DNA from: Acidobacteria bacterium RIFCSPLOWO2_02_FULL_67_21
GTDB lineage: Bacteria; Acidobacteriota; Vicinamibacteria; Vicinamibacterales; UBA2999
Assembly (NCBI GenBank): GCA_001767195.1
Contig: MEKU01000056.1
Location: forward strand, 49,289 to 102,606
Direction: 5' to 3'
DNA: 53,318 nucleotides
Under the pieces are notes generated by a model. That model ran no database searches. It was not told where the DNA came from and saw nothing but the letters and a program-made list of their open reading frames with translations. Positions 1 through 8,172 of the stretch are shown piece by piece. How positions within the stretch are numbered: position 1 is the first letter of the stretch; every line of letters starts with the position of its first letter. The position numbers and the translations under genes were made by a program.

Positions 1-2
1 CC

Positions 3-3000
3 GTGATGTCGCTGGCCTTGGCGTCCGCGCTGGCCGTCGTCCGCATGCCGGTCGACATCTTCCCGGAGCTTGGCGCGCCGGCTATTTTCGTGGCGCAGCC
101 GTACGGCGGCCTCGACCCTCGGCAGATGGAGGCGTTTGCGACCTACTACTACGAGTACCACTTTCTGTACGTCGACGGTATCGAGCACGTCGAGTCGAAG
201 AGCATCCAGAGCGCGTCGCTGATGAAGCTGGTGTTTCATCCGGGCACCGACATGAACCAGGCGATGTCGCAGACGGTTGCCTTCGTGAACCGCGCGCGGG
301 CGCTCATGCCGCCCGGCGCCGTTCCCCCGTTCGTGCTCCGCTACGACGCCGGCAGCGTGCCGGTGGCGCAGCTCGTGTTGTCCAGTCCGAACCGAGGTCC
401 TGGCGAGATGCAGGACATCGCCCTCAACCTGGTGCGGCCGGTCCTGGCCACCATCCCCGGCGTGTCGGCGCCGCCGCCGTTCGGCGGTAACCAGCGGACG
501 ATCGTGGTGCGGCTCGATCCGGACCAGATGCGGCAGTACAAGGTGTCGCCGGAAGAAGCGGTGGCCGCCATGCGCGGCGCCTCGTCCATTTCACCGTCCG
601 GGAACATACGGACGGGTGACCTCATTCGCATCGCCACCAACAACGGGACGCTGGGCGACGACCTGCTCGCCATGCTCGATTCCCCGGTTCGCACCGGGTC
701 CGGTCCGACGGTCTACCTGCGGGACATCGCCACCATCGAGAACAGCACCGACATCATCGTCGGCTACGCCCACGTGGATGGGCGGCGCACCGTCTACATC
801 CCGATCACCAAGCGGTCCGACGCCTCCACGCTCGATCTGGTCCAGAGCATTCGCGACGCGCTGCCGCGAATGGATGCGGTCGCACCGGAGGACGTCGAGA
901 TCCGGCTCGAATTCGACCAGTCGGAGTACGTCAGGCAGGCGATCAGCAGCCTCGTCATGGAGGGCCTTTTTGGCGCCTTCTTGACCGGCATGGTGGTCCT
1001 CCTCTTCCTGCGCGACGTGCGAAGCGCCGTCATCGTCATCCTGACAATCCCGTTCTCCCTGCTCGCCGCGGTCGTGTGCCTGTGGGCGGCCGGACAGACC
1101 GTGAACATCATGACGCTCGGCGGCCTGGCGCTCTCAGTCGGCCTGCTTGTGGACCAGTCGGTCGTCTTCATTGAGAGCTTGCACACGCATCTGACGCAGG
1201 GATTGTCGCCCTCCCGCGCCGTCCTCGGCGCGGCGCGGATGACGGCCGGGCCGCTGCTCATGGCGCGGCTCGCGATTCTCGCGGTGTTCCTGCCGTCCTT
1301 CTTCATGCAGGGGGTCGGCGGTCAACTCTTCGTCCCGCTCACGCTGGCCGTGACGTTTGCCATGGTCGCGTCCTATCTCATCGCGAGCACCGTCGTCCCC
1401 ATCCTCTCCGCCTGGTTTGTGCCGCGCGGCAAGGACTCCGAGGGCCGGCTGATGGAGTGGGTGCAGGACGTGCATCGACGTGCCCTGGCGCAACTGATCC
1501 GTGCGCGGGTGCCGCTGGTCGGGGCCTACGTCATCGTGACGGTCGGATTCCTCGCGCTCGCCCTCCCGAGAGTGGGCACCGAGATCTTCCCGGAAGCCGA
1601 CGCCGGCCAGTTCCAGCTTCGCCTGCGCGCGCCGACCGGCACGCGCATCGAGCGCACAGAGATCGTCGCGCTGAACGCCCTTGAGATCATCCGGGAAGAG
1701 GTCGGGCCGGAGAACGTTCGGATCAGTACCGCGTTTATCGGTATTCAGGGCTCGGCGTATCCGGTGAATACCATCTATCTGTGGACAGGCGGCCCGCACG
1801 AGGCGGTGCTGAAAGTCGCGCTGGGCCCGAACGCGCCGTACCGCGGCGCGGAGCTGCGCGAACGGCTGCGGGAGCGCTTCCGCGAGAATCTGCCGGGGGT
1901 CGAGGCGTCCTTCGAGGCGGGTGACATCGTCAGTCAGGTGATGAGCTTCGGCTCGAACACCGATATCGAGGTCGCCGTCCAGGGATTCAACCTCGACACC
2001 GATCGCGTATACGCCGAAAAGGTGCAGGCGGAATTGGCGAAGATTCCAAGCCTGCGGGATCTGCAGTACGGGCAGCGGCTCGACTATCCAACGCTGCACG
2101 TCGATGTCGACCGGCTTCGCGCAGGGCAGGTCGGGTTGACGGTGCAGAATGTTGCCCGCTCGCTCATTGCCGCCACCTCGTCTACCCGCTTCGTCGAGGC
2201 AAATTTCTGGCCCGACAACAGCACGGGCGTCGCGTATCAGATCCAGGCGGAGATTCCGCAGGAGATGATGGCGAGCGCGGAGGATATCGAGAACGTGCCG
2301 ATCCATGCGGGCGGCGGCACCCGGCCGATCCTTGTGGGCGACGTCGCGCGGGTCAGCGAGGGCACAATGCCCGGCGAGATCCACCGGTACAACATGCAGC
2401 GGCTGGTCAGCCTGACCGCCAACGTGCACGGCCAGTCGCTGGGCGAAGTCTCCGGCGAGATTCGCGACGCCGTGGCGCGGGCCGGCGAACCGCCGCGCGG
2501 CGTGACCGTGGACGTGCGCGGACGGATTCCGCCGCTCGAGGAAACGATCGGCGGGCTCCAGAAAGGCCTGCTGCTGACGGTCGCGGTGATCTTCCTGCTG
2601 CTGGCCGCCAACTTCCAGTCGTTCCGGCTCGGGGTGGCGGTCATTCTGATTGTGCCCGCGGTGCTGTGCGGCGTGGTCCTCATGCTGCTGGCGACCGGCA
2701 CGACGCTCAACATGCAGTCGTTCATGGGCACGATCATGGTGCTCGGTGTCGCCGGCGCCGACTCGATTCTGCTGCTCGCGTACGCGGAGCGCTTCCGCCG
2801 CGAGGGAAAGTCGGTGTTCGATGCGGCCTGGGAAGGCGGCTGCGCCCGTCTCCGCGCGCTCCTCATGACCGTGAGCGCCATGACGGCCGGGATGATCCCG
2901 CTCGCGCTCGCGTTCGGCACCGGCGCGGAGCAGGCGGCGCCGCTCGGCCGCGCGGTGATCGGCGGCCTGCTGGCCGGAACGTTCGCGACGATGCTCATCC

Positions 3001-3098
3001 TGCCGGCCATTTATGCGGTGTTCCAGGCGAAGGCGCCGGCGCATCCGCTGTCACTGGATCCTGACGATCCGACGAGTCCGCATTATGAAGCTGCATAG
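3..3098 (+). CDS. Efflux RND transporter permease subunit (AcrB/CzcA superfamily), 5' end cut by window edge
   Basis: The 1031-aa ORF is open to the window start. Two hydrophobic multi-TM blocks (aa ~316-475 and ~855-1010) are separated by large soluble loops, as in RND pumps. Length fits the ~1050-aa family. Stop TAG is at 3096-3098. Confidence 0.9.
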   Translation: MMSLALASALAVVRMPVDIFPELGAPAIFVAQPYGGLDPRQMEAFATYYYEYHFLYVDGIEHVESKSIQSASLMKLVFHPGTDMNQAMSQTVAFVNRARALMPPGAVPPFVLRYDAGSVPVAQLVLSSPNRGPGEMQDIALNLVRPVLATIPGVSAPPPFGGNQRTIVVRLDPDQMRQYKVSPEEAVAAMRGASSISPSGNIRTGDLIRIATNNGTLGDDLLAMLDSPVRTGSGPTVYLRDIATIENSTDIIVGYAHVDGRRTVYIPITKRSDASTLDLVQSIRDALPRMDAVAPEDVEIRLEFDQSEYVRQAISSLVMEGLFGAFLTGMVVLLFLRDVRSAVIVILTIPFSLLAAVVCLWAAGQTVNIMTLGGLALSVGLLVDQSVVFIESLHTHLTQGLSPSRAVLGAARMTAGPLLMARLAILAVFLPSFFMQGVGGQLFVPLTLAVTFAMVASYLIASTVVPILSAWFVPRGKDSEGRLMEWVQDVHRRALAQLIRARVPLVGAYVIVTVGFLALALPRVGTEIFPEADAGQFQLRLRAPTGTRIERTEIVALNALEIIREEVGPENVRISTAFIGIQGSAYPVNTIYLWTGGPHEAVLKVALGPNAPYRGAELRERLRERFRENLPGVEASFEAGDIVSQVMSFGSNTDIEVAVQGFNLDTDRVYAEKVQAELAKIPSLRDLQYGQRLDYPTLHVDVDRLRAGQVGLTVQNVARSLIAATSSTRFVEANFWPDNSTGVAYQIQAEIPQEMMASAEDIENVPIHAGGGTRPILVGDVARVSEGTMPGEIHRYNMQRLVSLTANVHGQSLGEVSGEIRDAVARAGEPPRGVTVDVRGRIPPLEETIGGLQKGLLLTVAVIFLLLAANFQSFRLGVAVILIVPAVLCGVVLMLLATGTTLNMQSFMGTIMVLGVAGADSILLLAYAERFRREGKSVFDAAWEGGCARLRALLMTVSAMTAGMIPLALAFGTGAEQAAPLGRAVIGGLLAGTFATMLILPAIYAVFQAKAPAHPLSLDPDDPTSPHYEAA

Positions 3099-4206
3099 CC
3101 TGATACCGGCGATCGTCCTTCTCTGCGCGGTGCTGCCGCTCGCGGCGGCCGCGCAGACCATCGAGCTTGCGAAGGTGGAGGCCCACAGGATGGAGCGGAC
3201 CATCCAGCTTCCGGGCGAGTTCTATCCCTACCAGCGCGTGTCGCTGTTCGCGCGCGTGCCCTCGTTCGTGCGGGACGTGCACGTCGATCGCGGCAGCGTC
3301 GTGAAGCGCGGAGACCTCCTGGTCACGCTGACCGCGCCGGAGCTGGCGGCGCAGGTCGCCGAGACCGAGGCGCGCGCGCAGGCGGTGCTGCTGCAGCTGG
3401 CGGAGGCCGACGCCAAACTGATCAGTGCGAAGACGACCGCCGAGATGCTGAAGCAGGCGTCGGCCACCCCCGGGGCCGTCTCGATGAGCGAAGTGATCCT
3501 CTCCGAGCAGGCCTATCAGGCGGCGCAGTCGGTGAGAAACGCGGTGGAGAACTCCGCGAAGGCGGCGCGCGCGGCCGCGGAGGCGGTCAAGGAGCTCTCC
3601 GGCTACCTGCAGGTGCGGGCGCCGTTCGACGGCTTCATCACCGAGCGGCTCGTGCATCCCGGCGCGCTCGTCGGGCCGTCCACGGCCGGCACGGCCACGG
3701 CTCTCGTCCAGATCGAGCAGAACGCCCGGATGCGCCTCGTGGTCGCCGTGCCCGAGGCGAACGTTTCAGGCATCACCCGTGGAGCCGCCGTCACGTTCAC
3801 CGTCCCCGCGTATCCCGGTGAAACGTTTACAGCCACGATCGCCCGCCCGGCGCAGGCGCTCGAGGCACGGACACGATCGATGCTGGTGGAGCTCGACACC
3901 TCGAACAGCCAGGGCAAGCTGGCGACCGGGATGTTCGCCGACGTGGCGTGGCCGGTGCGCCGTCCGGCGACATCGCTCGTCGTGCCGACGACGTCGGTGA
4001 TTACGACAACCGAACGGACCTTTGTGATTCGGAATCGGGACGGCCGCGCCGAATGGGTCAACGTCAGGCGTGGCGCCCGGATGGGCGACATGGTGGAGGT
4101 CTTCGGTCCGCTGCGCGAAGGCGACATGGTCGTCCGGCGCGGCAACGACGAGATCCGCGAGGGCTCGCCGCTGACCAGCGCGCCGGCGGCGCGGACCGGC
4201 GGCTAG
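3085..4206 (+). CDS. Efflux RND transporter periplasmic adaptor subunit (MFP/HlyD-like)
   Basis: I trimmed the track ORF 3013..4206 to the ATG at 3085 (MKLHSLIPAIVLLCAVLPLAAAAQ signal peptide). It has a coiled-coil hairpin region (AELAAQVAETEARAQAVLLQLAEADAKL) and then a beta-barrel segment VRAPFDGFITERLVHPGALV typical of MFPs. It overlaps the RND stop by 14 nt. Confidence 0.85.
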   Translation: MKLHSLIPAIVLLCAVLPLAAAAQTIELAKVEAHRMERTIQLPGEFYPYQRVSLFARVPSFVRDVHVDRGSVVKRGDLLVTLTAPELAAQVAETEARAQAVLLQLAEADAKLISAKTTAEMLKQASATPGAVSMSEVILSEQAYQAAQSVRNAVENSAKAARAAAEAVKELSGYLQVRAPFDGFITERLVHPGALVGPSTAGTATALVQIEQNARMRLVVAVPEANVSGITRGAAVTFTVPAYPGETFTATIARPAQALEARTRSMLVELDTSNSQGKLATGMFADVAWPVRRPATSLVVPTTSVITTTERTFVIRNRDGRAEWVNVRRGARMGDMVEVFGPLREGDMVVRRGNDEIREGSPLTSAPAARTGG

Positions 4207-4210
4207 ACTT

Positions 4211-4297
4211 CAACCACGAAGCTCACGAAGGTCTCGAAGGGCACGAAAATGAAAATTCATTTCGTGTTCTTCGCGATCTTCGTGCCTTCGTGGTTAC
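4211..4297. repeat. Periodic-unit hairpin, CACGAAG flavour (probable bidirectional terminator)
   Basis: The 5' arm is caaccacgaag-ctcacgaag-gtctcgaag-ggcacgaaa and the 3' arm is tttcgtg-ttcttcgcg-atcttcgtg-ccttcgtggtt. It fills the convergent MFP/porin spacer and overlaps the porin stop. Confidence 0.85.
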
Positions 4298-5460
4298 CAA
4301 CTGACCCGCAAGCCAGTTGTCCACGCGACACCGGAGTAGGCGCCGCCGTCGTTGGCGCGGTCGTTCAGGTCGGCGAACTGCAGGCCCGTCTGCAGCTTGA
4401 GCTTGTGGCCGTAGATGAAGTAATTGCCGCCCACGTACAGCTCCTGGTACCGGTCGCCCCGGCCCCCGACCACCGTGTTCTCGTACGTCGCCAGTCGGAT
4501 GCCGTTCGGCCCGTCGCTGTCGAGAAACGTGTACCGCCCGATCGCCTGCAGCTTATCGGTCACGTTGTAATACGGCATCGTCATGAAGCCCAGTACATCC
4601 TGCTGGCCCAGGTAGCCCTGCGCGGTCGATAGATCGCTGCGCCATCCCCACCTGTCGGCCTCCACCTTGAAGCTCACCGACACGATGTTCTCGAGCTGGC
4701 GCGTGAACGTGTTGTCGCGGTCCGCCGTCTGGTGGACGTAGTTGCCCGCCAGCAGCGCCTCCTTCACGCCGAGCGCCTCCGCGAAGTCGTAGCCGAGCAC
4801 CGCCAGCGTCGCGATGCCCCCGTCGAACTTGCCGAACTCGCGGGTGGCCTCGCCGCCCGAGTACATCCCGACGCGGTACGTCCAGGGTGCCGCCTTCCCG
4901 GACACGCTGACGCCGGGAATGTATTCGTACGGGAACCAGATGTTGTTGGTCAGGTTGCTGCGATCGATCGCGAGGAGCTCCTTGGACGATGTGGCGCCGT
5001 CCATCGTGAACGGCATGCTGTGCTTCCCGATCGTCAGCGCCAGGCGAGGGCTCTTCGTCCACTGCACGTACATGTCGGTCAGTCGAACGTAGAGCGGGTT
5101 CGACTCCTGCGGGTTCAGCTCCACTTCCCCGTGAACCGTGATGGTTCGGAACAGCGTGATCCTCGGGCCCAACCGGAGGCGGCGCGTGTTCCACTCGTCG
5201 TGATCGCCCTGGTCGGCGTTGATCGCGGCGAACTCATGCTGGAACCGGCCGGAGAACAGCACCCGCTGGACAACCGGGTTCGACCGGTTGTCGTACAGCG
5301 TCGTGAACTCCTGCCAGATCTTGTCGAACGCGGAGCGTGTATCCGTGGCGCCGGAGGCCTGCGCAGCGGCCGCTGGAGCCGGCTGCGAGCCGGTCGACTG
5401 CGCGAGGGATGAACACGGGGCCGCCAGGAGCACGGCAAGGACGAGGCAGAATCTCTTCAT
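4294..5460 (-). CDS. Outer-membrane porin, OprO/OprP-like (putative)
   Basis: 388 aa with a signal peptide (MKRFCLVLAVLLAAPCSSLAQ). It shows alternating beta-strand-like sequence, an aromatic C-terminal residue (…GLRVSW) and Y/G/N/D-rich loops. The family assignment is from memory of Porin_O_P proteins. Confidence 0.7.
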   Translation of the reverse strand: MKRFCLVLAVLLAAPCSSLAQSTGSQPAPAAAAQASGATDTRSAFDKIWQEFTTLYDNRSNPVVQRVLFSGRFQHEFAAINADQGDHDEWNTRRLRLGPRITLFRTITVHGEVELNPQESNPLYVRLTDMYVQWTKSPRLALTIGKHSMPFTMDGATSSKELLAIDRSNLTNNIWFPYEYIPGVSVSGKAAPWTYRVGMYSGGEATREFGKFDGGIATLAVLGYDFAEALGVKEALLAGNYVHQTADRDNTFTRQLENIVSVSFKVEADRWGWRSDLSTAQGYLGQQDVLGFMTMPYYNVTDKLQAIGRYTFLDSDGPNGIRLATYENTVVGGRGDRYQELYVGGNYFIYGHKLKLQTGLQFADLNDRANDGGAYSGVAWTTGLRVSW

Positions 5461-5532
5461 ACCCTTCAGTTGTAGGACGTGCAGGTTTCACCCCAATGTC
5501 GCACGTGTTACATCTGCGTAAATCGGGGAAAC

Positions 5533-5660
5533 GGGCTTGGCTAAAGCCAAGCACTACGTGCGTCGTTGCACGACGTACTCGTACCGTCACGGTACGTAGT
5601 GCCGGGAACGTCGGTGTTACGTAGTCGGTGGTACGTAGTGCCGGGCTTCAGCCCGGCCCT
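5533..5660. repeat. Cluster of REP-like palindromes (CTACGT-flanked GC stems with TTCA/AA loops)
   Basis: The cluster contains gcttggct-aa-agccaagc-actacgtg, cgtcgt-tgc-acgacg, gtaccg-tca-cggtac and gtacgtagt-gccgggc-ttca-gcccggc. It lies between the porin start and the nuoG-like stop. Confidence 0.8.
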
Positions 5661-5661
5661 G

Positions 5662-7485
5662 CTACGGCTCGACCGGCTTGAGCGGGATGTAGGCGCCCTG
5701 CGGCGGCAGGCCTTCCATCTGAACCGAGTGCCCCTTGACCGGCGGCAGATCCTGGAACAGGAAGTCCCACTTCCACCGCTCGGACGGGTTGGAGGCCTGC
5801 AGCCAGTTGCGCGCGGGGATCGGCCTGGTGAACACGAGCCGGTCGGCCTCCGCATATCCGGTTCCCGGCATCGCACCGGCGATGGCCTGCCGCACGTCCG
5901 AGGCCGTCTCATACGGGAGCGCGACGCCGAGCGACCTTCCAAGATTGACCAGAATCCTCCAGTCCTCGAGCGCCTCGCCCGGGGGGGCGATCGCCCGTGA
6001 CGCCGCCTGAACGCGGCCCTGATCGTTTGTGTAGATCGCGTCTTTCTCGACGTACGCCGCGCCCGGGAGCACCAGATCGGCCGCCCCGGCGAGATCCGTC
6101 ATCAACACGCCCTGAACCACGAGCAGGGGAAGCGCGCCGCTGCGCCGGGCCGAGGCAATCCATGCGACGTCGCCCAGCGACCCGTCCGGGCCCGGATCGA
6201 TCACGTACAGCGCCTTCACGCGGCCTGCGTCGACGGCCTGCCGCAGCTCACGAAGATCAGGGGTCCCGTCGTTGCCCGTGCCGACGTCGTAGCCGAGATC
6301 GCGGGCGCCGTTGACGTTGGGAGCATCGGTGACGGGTACCGTGAACGTTGTCTGCTCGGGCTGCGGCTTCTCGCTGCGCGTCCACGCGACCGTGACCGAC
6401 TTCAATCCGTCGCTGCCGATGAGGGCTTCGGTCACCTGCTTCAGGACGAACAGTTCTTCCGTGGCGGCATGCGCGGAGACGAGAAACCGGACCGGGCCGG
6501 CGGCGGCGGCGTCCTGGAGCCGGTTCCGCAGCCGCGGCTGCAGGTCCTGCCACGCGACCGGCTCCAGCGCAGCCGCCTGCCCCGAGCGTGTCGAGGGGCT
6601 TCGAAGCAGCGGCCGCCGCAGGCGGCGGTCACTCTCGGTCCAGTGATAGTTGAACCGGCCGATGTCGCACATCCAGTACCCGTTGACCTCGGGGTTGAAG
6701 CGCGGCGTCATCCGGATCAGCCGGGACCCGCGGGCCCACTCCGGCTTGCCCTTGAGCCACGCGCTCGTATTGCACCCTTTCGAGCACAGCGTGCAGACCG
6801 TGTCGACGACACCCGGGTTGTCCCAGGGGCGGCTCTTGAAGCGGTAGTCCTTGGTGAGAATGGCGCCGACGGGACACACGTCCATCAGATTGCCGGACAT
6901 CAGCGAGTGAACGCCCTGCTCCTGGAAGGTCGCGATCTCGCTGCCGTATCCGCGATCGACGATCCCGATCTGCGCGTCGCCATCGATTTCCTTCATGAAC
7001 CGCACGCACCGCGTGCACAGGATGCAGCGGTTGCGGTTCAGCATCAGCGTCGGCCCGAAATCGACGTCCGCCCGAACGCCCTCGCCGTCGAAGACGCGCC
7101 GGGGGAAGTCCATCCGGCTCTCGGCGGGGCCGAAGGTGTACGAGAAGTCCTGAAGCGGGCACTCGCCCCCCTTGTCGCAGACGGGGCAGTCGAGCGGGTG
7201 GTTGATCAGCAGGAACTCGAACACGCCGGCGCGCGCGTCCACGACGTCGGGATCGCGGGTCAACACGACCATGCCGTCGGTGCAGACCGTCGAGCAGGAC
7301 GTCTGGAGCTTCGGCATCTTCTCGATCTTCACCACGCACACTCGGCAGGACCCATCGATGCTGATGCCGGGGTGATAGCAGTAGTACGGGACGGAGATGC
7401 CGGCCTCGATCGCCGCTTGCAGAACCGTCTTGCCTTTCGCGACCGTCACCGGACGCCCATCGATGGTCAGCGTCACCGTGTCCAT
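5662..7485 (-). CDS. nuoG: NADH-quinone oxidoreductase subunit G-like Fe-S protein (short form)
   Basis: N-terminal 2Fe-2S ferredoxin fold (CYHPGISIDGSCRVC). HPLDCPVCDKGGEC matches the N5-type HxxxCxxCxxxxxC motif. CILCTRCVRF plus CPVGA match a 4Fe-4S site. CTLCSKGC…WMCD matches the N7-type CxxCxxxC…C motif. At 607 aa it is shorter than E. coli NuoG. Confidence 0.85.
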   Translation of the reverse strand: MDTVTLTIDGRPVTVAKGKTVLQAAIEAGISVPYYCYHPGISIDGSCRVCVVKIEKMPKLQTSCSTVCTDGMVVLTRDPDVVDARAGVFEFLLINHPLDCPVCDKGGECPLQDFSYTFGPAESRMDFPRRVFDGEGVRADVDFGPTLMLNRNRCILCTRCVRFMKEIDGDAQIGIVDRGYGSEIATFQEQGVHSLMSGNLMDVCPVGAILTKDYRFKSRPWDNPGVVDTVCTLCSKGCNTSAWLKGKPEWARGSRLIRMTPRFNPEVNGYWMCDIGRFNYHWTESDRRLRRPLLRSPSTRSGQAAALEPVAWQDLQPRLRNRLQDAAAAGPVRFLVSAHAATEELFVLKQVTEALIGSDGLKSVTVAWTRSEKPQPEQTTFTVPVTDAPNVNGARDLGYDVGTGNDGTPDLRELRQAVDAGRVKALYVIDPGPDGSLGDVAWIASARRSGALPLLVVQGVLMTDLAGAADLVLPGAAYVEKDAIYTNDQGRVQAASRAIAPPGEALEDWRILVNLGRSLGVALPYETASDVRQAIAGAMPGTGYAEADRLVFTRPIPARNWLQASNPSERWKWDFLFQDLPPVKGHSVQMEGLPPQGAYIPLKPVEP

Positions 7486-7504
7486 ATCCCGGCGATCTTA
7501 TCAG

Positions 7505-7582
7505 CCGGTAGCTGGTAGCTGGTAGCTGGTAGCCTGCGGTCCGTGCTTTCGTTGGGCTACTGGCTACCACCTACCAGCTAGG
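7505..7582. repeat. Periodic-unit hairpin, GGTAGCT flavour
   Basis: (GGTAGCT)x4 at 7505-7534, a 20-nt loop, then ggctactggctaccacctaccagctagg at 7555-7582. It lies between the divergent nuoG-like and hypothetical gene starts. Confidence 0.8.
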
Positions 7583-7655
7583 CTGGCTCAGCTTGACTCG
7601 CACCGCCGCCCGCCCTAGAGTGCAGGGCAGTTTCACGCCTGCGCGGAGGTGCGAT

Positions 7656-8084
7656 ATGGAAGTCACCCGCGTCCGGTTCCAGCCGGTGGTCGAATGGGCC
7701 GCCGCTGCCGCCTGTGTCATGGCGCTTCTTGCCGTCGGCTCGCTCGTCGTCCGCGAGTTCCGGACGCTGAGCGCGGCGACGCCGCTTGCTGCTCGCGAAG
7801 CGCTTCCGGCCATCTCCGTGCCCGCCGCCGTGCCGTCGCGGGCGGTTTCAGTCCCGATGCTCCTGCTGGCCGATGGGAAGGAAATTCGGGTCGGCGACAG
7901 CCTGTCCGCCGTCGTCACTCATCTGGGCCGCGAGGCGGAGGCCGGGCCTGAGACGGTAGATCGTTCTGTGCACGGGGACCGCATGACCCGCTTCTACCGG
8001 TACGCGGGCACGCAATTCGTGCTCGTGTTCGAGCCGTTCGCGGCCGGGGCCGAGGCGCGGGTGGCGGCTATCTACCTGCGATAA
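7656..8084 (+). CDS. Hypothetical membrane-anchored protein
   Basis: Trimmed to the ATG at 7656, which has GGAGG at 7645-7649. There is one N-terminal TM helix (VVEWAAAAACVMALLAVGSLVV). I recognise no family. Confidence 0.6.
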   Translation: MEVTRVRFQPVVEWAAAAACVMALLAVGSLVVREFRTLSAATPLAAREALPAISVPAAVPSRAVSVPMLLLADGKEIRVGDSLSAVVTHLGREAEAGPETVDRSVHGDRMTRFYRYAGTQFVLVFEPFAAGAEARVAAIYLR

Positions 8085-8171
8085 GGGAACTCCCAACTTC
8101 CAACTCCCCAACTCCCAACAAAACGGCAGCTCTTTGGGATTTGGGCCTTGGGAGTTGGGCCTTGGGAGTTG
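8085..8171. repeat. Periodic-unit hairpin, CTCCCAA flavour
   Basis: gggaactcccaacttccaactccccaactcccaac, a 14-nt loop, then ttgggatttgggccttgggagttgggccttgggagttg. It spans exactly from one convergent stop codon to the other. Confidence 0.85.
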
Positions 8172-8172
8172 T

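Noticed and set aside
1134-3044. 636-aa minus-strand ORF (plus the 257-aa ORF at 2237..3010) opposite the RND permease
   Set aside because: It is antisense to a clearly recognisable RND gene. The translation is R/H/E/D/G/P-rich low complexity with no domain-like segments, which is the typical shadow ORF of a ~70 % GC gene.
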